DNA from: Candidatus Daviesbacteria bacterium
GTDB lineage: Bacteria > Patescibacteriota > Microgenomatia > Daviesbacterales > UBA10151
NCBI GenBank assembly: GCA_016176335.1
Contig: JACOXI010000003.1
Coordinates: 322,477 to 386,476, forward strand
Length of the DNA: 64,000 nt
Reading direction: 5' to 3'
A program made the position numbers and the translations under genes. This document shows positions 17,543 to 25,428 of the stretch, in pieces (positions within the stretch are counted from its first letter, which is position 1; every line of letters starts with the position of its first letter). The notes beneath the pieces were generated by a model. It searched no databases. It was not told where the DNA came from and was given only the letters and a program-made list of their open reading frames with translations.

Positions 17543-18876
17543 GGACTAGTAAACCAATTTTATTATTTAAGCCCACTTTAACATTGCTTTCTAAAAATGA
17601 AAGTCAAGTTTTAGAGGTTCTTGTTGAGGCAGGGAAGTTAATTATCCCTATATATATTGCTCAAGAGAATCACAATCAATTAGGTGCCAATTTTTATCCA
17701 AAAGGTATCAGTAAGGAGGAAATAGAAAAGGCAGCAAAAAAAGATCCTAAAATTCTTTCTCCTTATACAGTTGTGGAGAAAATTAATGGTAAATTAGTGG
17801 CCATTCCCTATCATGTTAAGTATGCAAACTTGCTAAAACCTATTGCTGATAAGTTAATTGAAGCTGCAAATATTACTGACAATAAAGAATTTGCCAGGAG
17901 ATTGTTGATACAGGCTAAGGCATTGCTTAATGGTAGTTATGATGAGGCAACTATTGCCTGGATGAAAATGAAGCCTTATGTCTTGGATATAAACATTGGG
18001 CCAGTTGAAAGATATGATGATAAACTATTCTTTACGAAAACTTCGTATCAGGCTTGGGTTGGGGTAATGGATGAGGGTGCTACTAAACGTGCAAGACAAT
18101 TCAGAGATATTATCTTAAGTGCCAGAAAGCATTCTTTGATGTCTTCAGAACAAGTGGATTTTTATGATAAGGTACAAATTCGGGTTGATGACTTGTTACT
18201 ATTTTCAGGGCTGATAGCAAGGACAGTCTTTTTAGGGGTGGATGTTCCTAATGATCCAAATTTAATGGAGAAATATGGATCAGAGATTACTATATTTAAT
18301 CAAGCTAACGAGTACCGTTTTAAGCACGAGGTTCTGCCAGCTTTTAACAGGATATTCTCCGTCTCATTTAAGAAGCTGTTCAGTATTAGAGATATAGAAT
18401 TAGGGACATTATACTCTACAATTTTACATGAACTGGGACATGTTTATCTAAGATATCGAGATTCTGAAAAGAGGTTAAGGGATCTATTCCCAATAATTGA
18501 TGAGTTATCAGCCTATGTGACTGGTCTGAAAGTTGGAGGATATCTGTTACTGAAAGATGTTACCGACACAAAACAGCTTGAATCTATGATGGTCGCCTTT
18601 TTGGCAAGATCTTTTGAGATGGTTTTATACGAGAAAGATAACCGCTCTAAATATCACTATATGCTTGGCGGGGCCATATTTATAAATTATCTGTTGGAGA
18701 GTGGAGCCATTCAGGAAAAAGGTGGTGTTTCTTGGCCAAATTTCACAAAGATGTTTTTCTCATTAAGTGAATTAGCTGTTGTTTTGGATAGGATTTTATC
18801 CTGTGGCACAAGAGCAGATGCTGAAGTATTTATTAAAAAATACGGCAACATAAAAAAACTCCAAAGGTTTAAGTAA
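17539..18876 (+). CDS. putative zinc metallopeptidase (HExxH, gluzincin-like)
   Basis: 445 aa with HELGH followed ~20 aa later by IIDELSAY (candidate third zinc ligand). No other recognisable domain. Translationally coupled to greA (ATGA overlap). Confidence 0.4.
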   Translation: MRTSKPILLFKPTLTLLSKNESQVLEVLVEAGKLIIPIYIAQENHNQLGANFYPKGISKEEIEKAAKKDPKILSPYTVVEKINGKLVAIPYHVKYANLLKPIADKLIEAANITDNKEFARRLLIQAKALLNGSYDEATIAWMKMKPYVLDINIGPVERYDDKLFFTKTSYQAWVGVMDEGATKRARQFRDIILSARKHSLMSSEQVDFYDKVQIRVDDLLLFSGLIARTVFLGVDVPNDPNLMEKYGSEITIFNQANEYRFKHEVLPAFNRIFSVSFKKLFSIRDIELGTLYSTILHELGHVYLRYRDSEKRLRDLFPIIDELSAYVTGLKVGGYLLLKDVTDTKQLESMMVAFLARSFEMVLYEKDNRSKYHYMLGGAIFINYLLESGAIQEKGGVSWPNFTKMFFSLSELAVVLDRILSCGTRADAEVFIKKYGNIKKLQRFK

Positions 18877-18933
18877 GCCTATAAATTTGCAAATTATCCT
18901 CAAAAAATGTAAAATACTTCAGAAATTTTAATC

Positions 18934-20202
18934 TTGATGCTTATGATGGAACGAACAAGGGATTTAGACATACAACATGGGAAAGATCTAGTTCGCGGTG
19001 TGAGAGCTTGGCAAGAGTTAGAGGACAGAAGAAGAACAGGACTTGATATTATAGACTTTAGACTGGCTCCTTCGGACTGGATCCTTAGATACTCCCCCTT
19101 CTTTTATAGAAAGGATGTATTGAGATACTTTCAAAGGTTGGCAGAGGATATTCACAGAGATACTTCAGACGGGTTGTACTTAGGTGCAAAGGTGGATGGT
19201 CTCGTCACATATCTGGGGTTTTTAACTATGGAGCCTCGCTCTTTTCATCCTCGAGATCATTTTGAGTTAGGCATGACCAGAATTGCCGGATATATTCCAA
19301 GATTAATACCCGGTCCAGAGGTTGATAAGGTAAGAGGAGAAATATCGACAAACTTTTCTGATAGATATGAACTGCCATTTGATAGAAATGGCTGGTTAAC
19401 GTTTCGTAGGCGACACGGTATTTCTCCTACCCAAGCAAGAAAGGAAATTGCAGCGTCAGAAAGAGCAATCGTGTCAAAAGTAGCAAAAATTGTTGGAGCA
19501 AGATCACTCCCAAGAGTAACAATAAGAGTAGTTAACGAGGAAACAGACTATTGGCTAGGGTGGGTAAGAGCTAATTCCTCTGATACAGAATTTAGAATTA
19601 ACGAGGCTGATATAAATTCGGAACGCTACTATGATGGTGTTCCCGTAAGAATGCTAATTCATGAGTTAGGGGGTCATGGGATACAAGCCCGCTCTTTTGC
19701 AGATAATACCAAAGAGGAATCTGTTAACCCTGGTCGGGTAGAAACCACTGTGCCAGGTGTTGAACAATGGCTACTCGAGGCTTGGGCCTCTGAAATTAGT
19801 CGACTATACCCTTCAGTGTTTGATGGTTTAACTGATGAACGAAGGCAGAATGCGGAAATGGCAGTGGAATTACAATATCTAACTGATACAGCTTATACAA
19901 ACGCTCAATATGAACTGCTTATTTCAGGGAGAGATAGAAAGGTGGTAGTGGGAGAATTAGCGGATCTTTTACCTCATGAGCCAACAGCGAGAATAGAGTT
20001 AATATTAGAGTTGATGACGACCAGACTTGATAGAATGTTTTATCTTCCTGTATATGGTGATGGTAGCTTCTTCCTAAGACAGCACGTAGAATCATTACCA
20101 GAGGAGGCAAAAAGACGGTTTACCAACGAGATACACAGACAACCGATGACCCCCGATCAAGTTAAAAGTTTAGTAGCTCAACTTCAATTGTCAAACTCCT
20201 AA
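18934..20202 (+). CDS. putative zinc metallopeptidase with HExxGH motif (DPP III / M49-like signature)
   Basis: 422 aa. HELGGH matches the unusual hexapeptide zinc-binding motif of family M49 (HELLGH/HECLGH). A downstream acidic motif EQWLLEAWASE is present. Overall homology cannot be confirmed by eye. Confidence 0.35.
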   Translation: MMLMMERTRDLDIQHGKDLVRGVRAWQELEDRRRTGLDIIDFRLAPSDWILRYSPFFYRKDVLRYFQRLAEDIHRDTSDGLYLGAKVDGLVTYLGFLTMEPRSFHPRDHFELGMTRIAGYIPRLIPGPEVDKVRGEISTNFSDRYELPFDRNGWLTFRRRHGISPTQARKEIAASERAIVSKVAKIVGARSLPRVTIRVVNEETDYWLGWVRANSSDTEFRINEADINSERYYDGVPVRMLIHELGGHGIQARSFADNTKEESVNPGRVETTVPGVEQWLLEAWASEISRLYPSVFDGLTDERRQNAEMAVELQYLTDTAYTNAQYELLISGRDRKVVVGELADLLPHEPTARIELILELMTTRLDRMFYLPVYGDGSFFLRQHVESLPEEAKRRFTNEIHRQPMTPDQVKSLVAQLQLSNS

Positions 20203-20222
20203 CTTCAAGGTATACTCATTGC

Positions 20223-21692
20223 ATGGCTTTGCAGGATTTGCAAAAAGAAAGAATTAAAAAGTTAAAAAATATTCAGAGACTTGGGGTTGACCCTTTTCCT
20301 TCTAAATCCAATAGAAAACATACTATTTCCATTGCCCGAAAGATGATGGGCAAAAAGGTAGTAGTTGCAGGGAGAATTAGATCTCTTCGTCCTCATGGCA
20401 AAATCACTTTTGTTGATATTGAAGATGCTTCCGGAAAAATTCAACTATTTTTTTCCCAGGCAGAACTGCCTGGTGAAAAATATGAGTTTTTAACCAATCT
20501 TGATCTGGGAGATTTTATTGAAACAAGTGGTGAAATTTTTAAAACTCAAGCAGGGGAAATTTCAGTTCGGGTTTCCAATTATAAATTGCTCACAAAAAGC
20601 TTAAGACCTCTTCCTTCTGCATGGTATGGGTTGGAAGACGTGGAAGAAAGATACAGGCAAAGATATGTAGATTTAACAATGAATCCAGATGTGAGAAAAG
20701 TTTTCGAGATAAGACACCAAGTTATTAAATTAATTAGAAAATTTATGGAGGATAAAGGATTTGTTGAGGTAGAGACTCCAACTCTTCAGCCAATCTATGG
20801 AGGAGCAACTGCCAAGCCATTTACGACTCACCATAATGCTCTTGATACAAAACTATACTTACGAATTGCTGATGAGCTTTATTTAAAAAGGTTAATAGTT
20901 GGAGGATATGAAAAAGTCTTTGAGATCTGTAAGGACTTTAGGAATGAAGGAATAGATAAACAGCACAATCCGGAATTTACCATGATGGAATTTTATTGGG
21001 CATATGCAGATTATGAGGATTTGATGAGATTAACAGAGGAAATGGTATCAAGCATTGTCAAACAGATACATGGAAGTTTTAAATTTGAATTTGAAGGAGA
21101 AAAATTAGACTTTACACCACCCTTTAAAAGGATTTCATTTAATGATTCAGTTAAGCAATACTCTGGGATTGATTTAGAGAAGATTATTGTTGTAGATGAT
21201 CTAAAAAGATCAATTAAAAAAAAAGGGATTAAATTGGATTTAGATGGTATAGTAGGATTTGGTTCAATCTCTGACGAACTTTATAAAACTACTGCCAGAC
21301 AAAATATTAAACAACCAACTTTTGTAGTTGATCATCCTTATGAGATGAGACCCTTGGCCAAACGGAAAGAAGGAGAAGGTAACCAAACAAAATCTGCCAG
21401 TTTTCAGCTTTTAGCCATGGGATATGAATTAGTTAACGCTTACAATGAACTAAATGATCCGATAGAGCAAGAACGGCAGTGGAAATTTCAGATGAAACTC
21501 GCCAAGGAAGGTTTAGAAGAGCATCAAGTTTTGGATGAAGATTATATAAGAGCGCTAGAGTATGGTATGCCTCCAACTGCAGGATGGGGGATGGGAATTG
21601 ATAGATTTGTGTCACTTCTTACCAACCAACATACCATAAAAGATGTGATATTATTTCCGACGCTTAGATCAGAAAGGAAGAGGAAAAGATGA
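20223..21692 (+). CDS. lysS: lysine--tRNA ligase (class II)
   Basis: N-terminal OB anticodon-binding domain. Class II motifs FVEVETPTLQ, FRNEGIDKQHNPEFTMMEFYWAY and GMGIDRFV. Confidence 0.9.
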   Translation: MALQDLQKERIKKLKNIQRLGVDPFPSKSNRKHTISIARKMMGKKVVVAGRIRSLRPHGKITFVDIEDASGKIQLFFSQAELPGEKYEFLTNLDLGDFIETSGEIFKTQAGEISVRVSNYKLLTKSLRPLPSAWYGLEDVEERYRQRYVDLTMNPDVRKVFEIRHQVIKLIRKFMEDKGFVEVETPTLQPIYGGATAKPFTTHHNALDTKLYLRIADELYLKRLIVGGYEKVFEICKDFRNEGIDKQHNPEFTMMEFYWAYADYEDLMRLTEEMVSSIVKQIHGSFKFEFEGEKLDFTPPFKRISFNDSVKQYSGIDLEKIIVVDDLKRSIKKKGIKLDLDGIVGFGSISDELYKTTARQNIKQPTFVVDHPYEMRPLAKRKEGEGNQTKSASFQLLAMGYELVNAYNELNDPIEQERQWKFQMKLAKEGLEEHQVLDEDYIRALEYGMPPTAGWGMGIDRFVSLLTNQHTIKDVILFPTLRSERKRKR

Positions 21693-22303
21693 CAAGAGAT
21701 GAAGCATACAATTTAATGATTCAGATGCTGAAAAGCAAAAATCTGCAAAAACACGGGTTGGCGGTTGAGGCGATAATGAGAGCGCTTTGTCAAGAATTAA
21801 GAATTAAGAATAAGCAAAGCTTGCGATCTAAAGATCTTAAAGAATTAAGCGATAAGGAATTTGATGAAGATGAATGGGCGATAGTTGGACTTTTACATGA
21901 TGCTGATTATGAGCTGGTGGAAAAAGATCCAAAAAGACACACTCTGGTAACTGAAGAAAAATTAGGAGAAATTGGTGGGGTTTCAGAAAGAATAATCAAT
22001 GGGATAAAAGCGCATCATGACGGGATTAAAGATTCTCGCGATAACCTAATGGAAAAGAGTGTGTACGCCTCTGATGAACTATCTGGATTGATTACAGCAG
22101 TAGCATTAGTCAGACCAGATAAGAAGCTGTCTTCGGTAACCGTTGAATCAGTCATGAAAAAGTTTCCCCAAAAATCTTTTGCAGCCGGGGCCAAAAGGGA
22201 ACAGATTTTGGCTTGTGAAAAAGAATTAAATATTCCTTTAGAAGAATTTGTGGGAATTGCTTTGAAAGCTATGCAGGGAATAGCAGGTGAATTAGGATTA
22301 TAA
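21689..22303 (+). CDS. HD-domain phosphohydrolase
   Basis: 204 aa with H ... HD metal-binding signature (HGLAVEA ... VGLLHDADYE). Overlaps the lysS stop (ATGA). Confidence 0.65.
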   Translation: MTRDEAYNLMIQMLKSKNLQKHGLAVEAIMRALCQELRIKNKQSLRSKDLKELSDKEFDEDEWAIVGLLHDADYELVEKDPKRHTLVTEEKLGEIGGVSERIINGIKAHHDGIKDSRDNLMEKSVYASDELSGLITAVALVRPDKKLSSVTVESVMKKFPQKSFAAGAKREQILACEKELNIPLEEFVGIALKAMQGIAGELGL

Positions 22304-22893
22304 TGAATATAGCTGATTTAAAAAAGATTTTAAAAGTATTTCTGACTTTGCAGTGGGCAAAAGAATTGCCAAGACAGGGTTTTATTGCCATGGGTTTTAA
22401 AAGGAATGAGGCAGATTCTGTGGCTGCTCACTCTTTCTCCACAGCCCTACTCTCTTACTTTTTGGCAAAACAATTACAAAAAGAAGGGGTAAAAATTGAT
22501 ACTGAAAAAGTATTGAAGATGGGGTTAGTACATGATATTGGTGAGACAATTGTGGGGGATGTGGGAACTTTTGTAAAAGGAATGGCCGGAGGGGTTTTTA
22601 AAGATATAGAAGAGGAGGGAGTTAAAGCTTTAGTAAAAGATTTAGACTCTGAAGATGAGATTACAAAACTGGTGGAAGAATACAACCAAAGAAAAACTTT
22701 GGAGGCCAGACTTGTAAAAGCAGCAGATAATTTGGATGCTTTAGCACAAGCCAAAGGTGTACCCGGGGCCAAGGATGCGTTAAAATATTTTAAGGAGGTT
22801 TATCATATTACCAAATTTGACTGGCACAAAAAAGCTGTGGATTTAATATTGAGTGGGGAAGTAGAACCTGAAAGAAGTTGGCAAAAAAAATAA
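22303..22893 (+). CDS. HD-domain hydrolase (YfbR-like 5'-deoxynucleotidase family)
   Basis: 196 aa with HSFSTALL ... LVHDIGETIVGD ... D pattern of the YfbR-type HD domain. Its start overlaps the upstream stop. Confidence 0.65.
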   Translation: MNIADLKKILKVFLTLQWAKELPRQGFIAMGFKRNEADSVAAHSFSTALLSYFLAKQLQKEGVKIDTEKVLKMGLVHDIGETIVGDVGTFVKGMAGGVFKDIEEEGVKALVKDLDSEDEITKLVEEYNQRKTLEARLVKAADNLDALAQAKGVPGAKDALKYFKEVYHITKFDWHKKAVDLILSGEVEPERSWQKK

Positions 22894-22894
22894 T

Positions 22895-24127
22895 ATGTTA
22901 GACATTAATTTTATTCGGGATAATTTAGATAAAGTCAAACAATCAATCGATGCCAGAGCTATAGATTTGGATTTAGAAAACTTGGTCAAATTGGATGATG
23001 AAAGAAAAGAATTAATTACAAAAGTAGATGAACTTAGAGCAAAAAGGAATGTTGCAGCTAAAGCTAGGGATAAGGGGGAAGGAGGAAAGGTAAAGTCAGA
23101 ACTGAAAAGTCTGGAAAAGCAATTAGGTGATGTGGAGAGGGAATGGGATAAACTAATGCTTCAAGTGCCAAATATTATTTTGGATGAAGTACCAATCGGA
23201 GATGTAAAAGTTAATAAAGTTATCAGAAAAGAGGGGGAGATACCAAAATTTTCTTTCAAAATAAAAGATCATATAGAATTGGGAAAACTTTTGGATATTA
23301 TAGATTTTGAAAGGGGGGTGAAAGTTGGAGGATTCAGGGGATATTATTTAAAAAATGAAGGGGCAAGATTGCATTGGGCCATCTTAAATTTTGCTTTAGA
23401 TTATATAACCCAAAAAGGTTTTAAATTGGTTGTACCTCCGGTTATAAATCGCGGTTTTGCACTTTTAGGTGGGGGACAATTCCCCTGGGGCGAGGAAGAT
23501 ACATACAAATTAGAGGATGATGAATATTTGGTTGGGACCTCCGAGATTCCTTTGATGGCTTTGCATGCTGATGAAACTTTGGACATAAAGGATTTACCAA
23601 AAAAATATGTGGCGCTGTCCCCTTGTTTCAGAACGGAAATCGGATCTTACGGAAAAGATACCAAGGGATTATATAGGGTACACGAGTTCGTAAAAGCGGA
23701 ACAAGTTATTTTATGCGAAGCAGATGAAAAGGAAAGTCTGGGGTACTTTGAAGATTTACAGGATAATGCGGAGGGGATGTTGCAAGAACTTGGGCTTCCT
23801 TATCAGGTAGTTTGTTTATCAAGTCAAGATATGGGTAAAAAAGCAGCTTTAACTTATGATATAGAAACTTGGATGCCGGGAAGATTAGGATATGGAGAAA
23901 CACACTCAAATTCCATAGTGTTGGATTTTCAAACCAGAAGATTAAAGATCAAATATCGCGACAAAGATGGACAAGTGAGATTCTGTCACGCTCTAAACAA
24001 TACTGCTATTGCTTCCCCCAGGATTTTGATTCCCATTTTGGAAAACTTTCAGCAGGAAGATGGTTCTGTCAAAATCCCGGAAGTCTTACAAAAATACACG
24101 GGATTTTCCGAGATTAAACCTAAATAA
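22895..24127 (+). CDS. serS: serine--tRNA ligase
   Basis: N-terminal coiled-coil arm. Class II core FRTEIGSYGKDTKGLYRVHEFVKAEQ and GETHSNS. Confidence 0.9.
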   Translation: MLDINFIRDNLDKVKQSIDARAIDLDLENLVKLDDERKELITKVDELRAKRNVAAKARDKGEGGKVKSELKSLEKQLGDVEREWDKLMLQVPNIILDEVPIGDVKVNKVIRKEGEIPKFSFKIKDHIELGKLLDIIDFERGVKVGGFRGYYLKNEGARLHWAILNFALDYITQKGFKLVVPPVINRGFALLGGGQFPWGEEDTYKLEDDEYLVGTSEIPLMALHADETLDIKDLPKKYVALSPCFRTEIGSYGKDTKGLYRVHEFVKAEQVILCEADEKESLGYFEDLQDNAEGMLQELGLPYQVVCLSSQDMGKKAALTYDIETWMPGRLGYGETHSNSIVLDFQTRRLKIKYRDKDGQVRFCHALNNTAIASPRILIPILENFQQEDGSVKIPEVLQKYTGFSEIKPK

Positions 24128-24128
24128 G

Positions 24129-24398
24129 ATGGCAACTATTGCAGAATTAGAGAAAGAAGTTGAAGCAATTAAACAAAGAAATAAGAGAGTAGAGAACGAG
24201 AAGTCTTGGGAAACTAGCTGGACTAGAAGAGTAGTGATAGTAATTCTCACATATCTGGTTACTTCTTTATTCTTTTTATTTGCCGGAGTATCCCAGCCTT
24301 TTATTAATGCCATAGTTCCTGCTTTAGCTTTTGTTCTATCCACTGCATCAGTGCCAATTTTTAAAAACTTTTGGTTGAAGTATATTAACAAAAAGTAA
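24129..24398 (+). CDS. small two-TM membrane protein
   Basis: 89 aa from MATIAELEKE, with a coiled N-terminus and two hydrophobic helices. The longer in-frame ORF from 24060 overlaps the serS 3' end and is unlikely to be the real start. Confidence 0.45.
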   Translation: MATIAELEKEVEAIKQRNKRVENEKSWETSWTRRVVIVILTYLVTSLFFLFAGVSQPFINAIVPALAFVLSTASVPIFKNFWLKYINKK

Positions 24399-24405
24399 GC
24401 TAGAT

Positions 24406-25353
24406 TTATTGAGGTTGTCTAATTAAGTCTGCTGCGCGGGTGGCTTGTTGTGTTCCGCTTCCTTGTAACTGACCAAAGTTTGCTGATCCTGTTGCAGTGG
24501 GTGTAGGTTGAACAACAGGTGTTGGGATTGGTGCAGGAGGTTTGACTTGTTGACTGACAGGTGCAGTTTCCGCAGGAATACTTGTGGTTTGTTTAGGACT
24601 TTGTCCAATCCCTAAAATAAAGTAGGCAGATACTCCGGTCACTATGATTAATAAACCAACCCCAACCCCGATCAGCCACTTTGGAAAACCTTTATGTCCT
24701 TCTGTTGGAACAGTCGGAACTTCCGGTACACCATTGGCTGGCGCAACCACAGTTTCAGCTTCACTGCCGGCAGGTTTGGTACTTTCTGGCGGAGCATTGT
24801 TGTTAATAAGATGAGAGAGGTCAGTAGGTGCAGGTTCTCCTTCGAACGGATTTGGAGGTTTGGGGTTTTCCAAACCTTGGTCTGCAGATTGGATTGAAGG
24901 ACTGTTCTGATTAAACCAAGGCGGAGTAGTTTCCGGTTGCGGTTTTGGGGGGGAAGAGAATGTATCGACCGCATCTTGGGTCATGGGTGTAGATCCGTCA
25001 ATAGGAGGAGGTTGAGTAGGTGCTCCCCAAGGATTATCTAATGGAGAAGTGACAGGTTGTGTACTTTCTGTTGAAAGAGGAGTATAGGTACTGGGTTGAA
25101 TTGGAGAGGTATCAACCGGTGGGCTGTCCAACGGTTGGGGAGCAGGAGAATATGTTGGAGTTCCGCTAGGTGTCAAATCTTGTGGCGTGGTATTCACAGA
25201 TGAGGTTGGTTGAGGTTGAACCGGGTTTGGATCCCAAGGGGAAGGTGTTGAGGGAGGAGCAGGTAGATTGGGTGTTTGAGGATTCTCCCCACTGTTAGGT
25301 AAAGGTTGAGGAAGTGGATTATTTGATGGATTATTATTGTTTGAATTATCCAT
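24406..25353 (-). CDS. Pro/Thr/Ser-rich low-complexity protein with a single TM anchor
   Basis: Start taken at MDNSNNNN. The ~230-aa P/T/S/Q-rich region is followed by a TM helix LIGVGVGLLIIVTGVSAYFILGI and a short C-terminal tail. The upstream part of the long ORF overlaps the secA promoter region. Confidence 0.5.
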   Translation of the reverse strand: MDNSNNNNPSNNPLPQPLPNSGENPQTPNLPAPPSTPSPWDPNPVQPQPTSSVNTTPQDLTPSGTPTYSPAPQPLDSPPVDTSPIQPSTYTPLSTESTQPVTSPLDNPWGAPTQPPPIDGSTPMTQDAVDTFSSPPKPQPETTPPWFNQNSPSIQSADQGLENPKPPNPFEGEPAPTDLSHLINNNAPPESTKPAGSEAETVVAPANGVPEVPTVPTEGHKGFPKWLIGVGVGLLIIVTGVSAYFILGIGQSPKQTTSIPAETAPVSQQVKPPAPIPTPVVQPTPTATGSANFGQLQGSGTQQATRAADLIRQPQ

Positions 25354-25428
25354 GAGGGCAGATATTTTAGTATTGTTAGTGTATAAACTGGAGCAACAAA
25401 TGTCAATGACTCTTTTATCCTGTATAAT

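Noticed and set aside
24060-24128. Long version of the small membrane protein ORF starting inside serS
   Set aside because: It overlaps the serS 3' end by 68 nt in another frame. The conserved hydrophobic protein begins at the ATG immediately after the serS stop.
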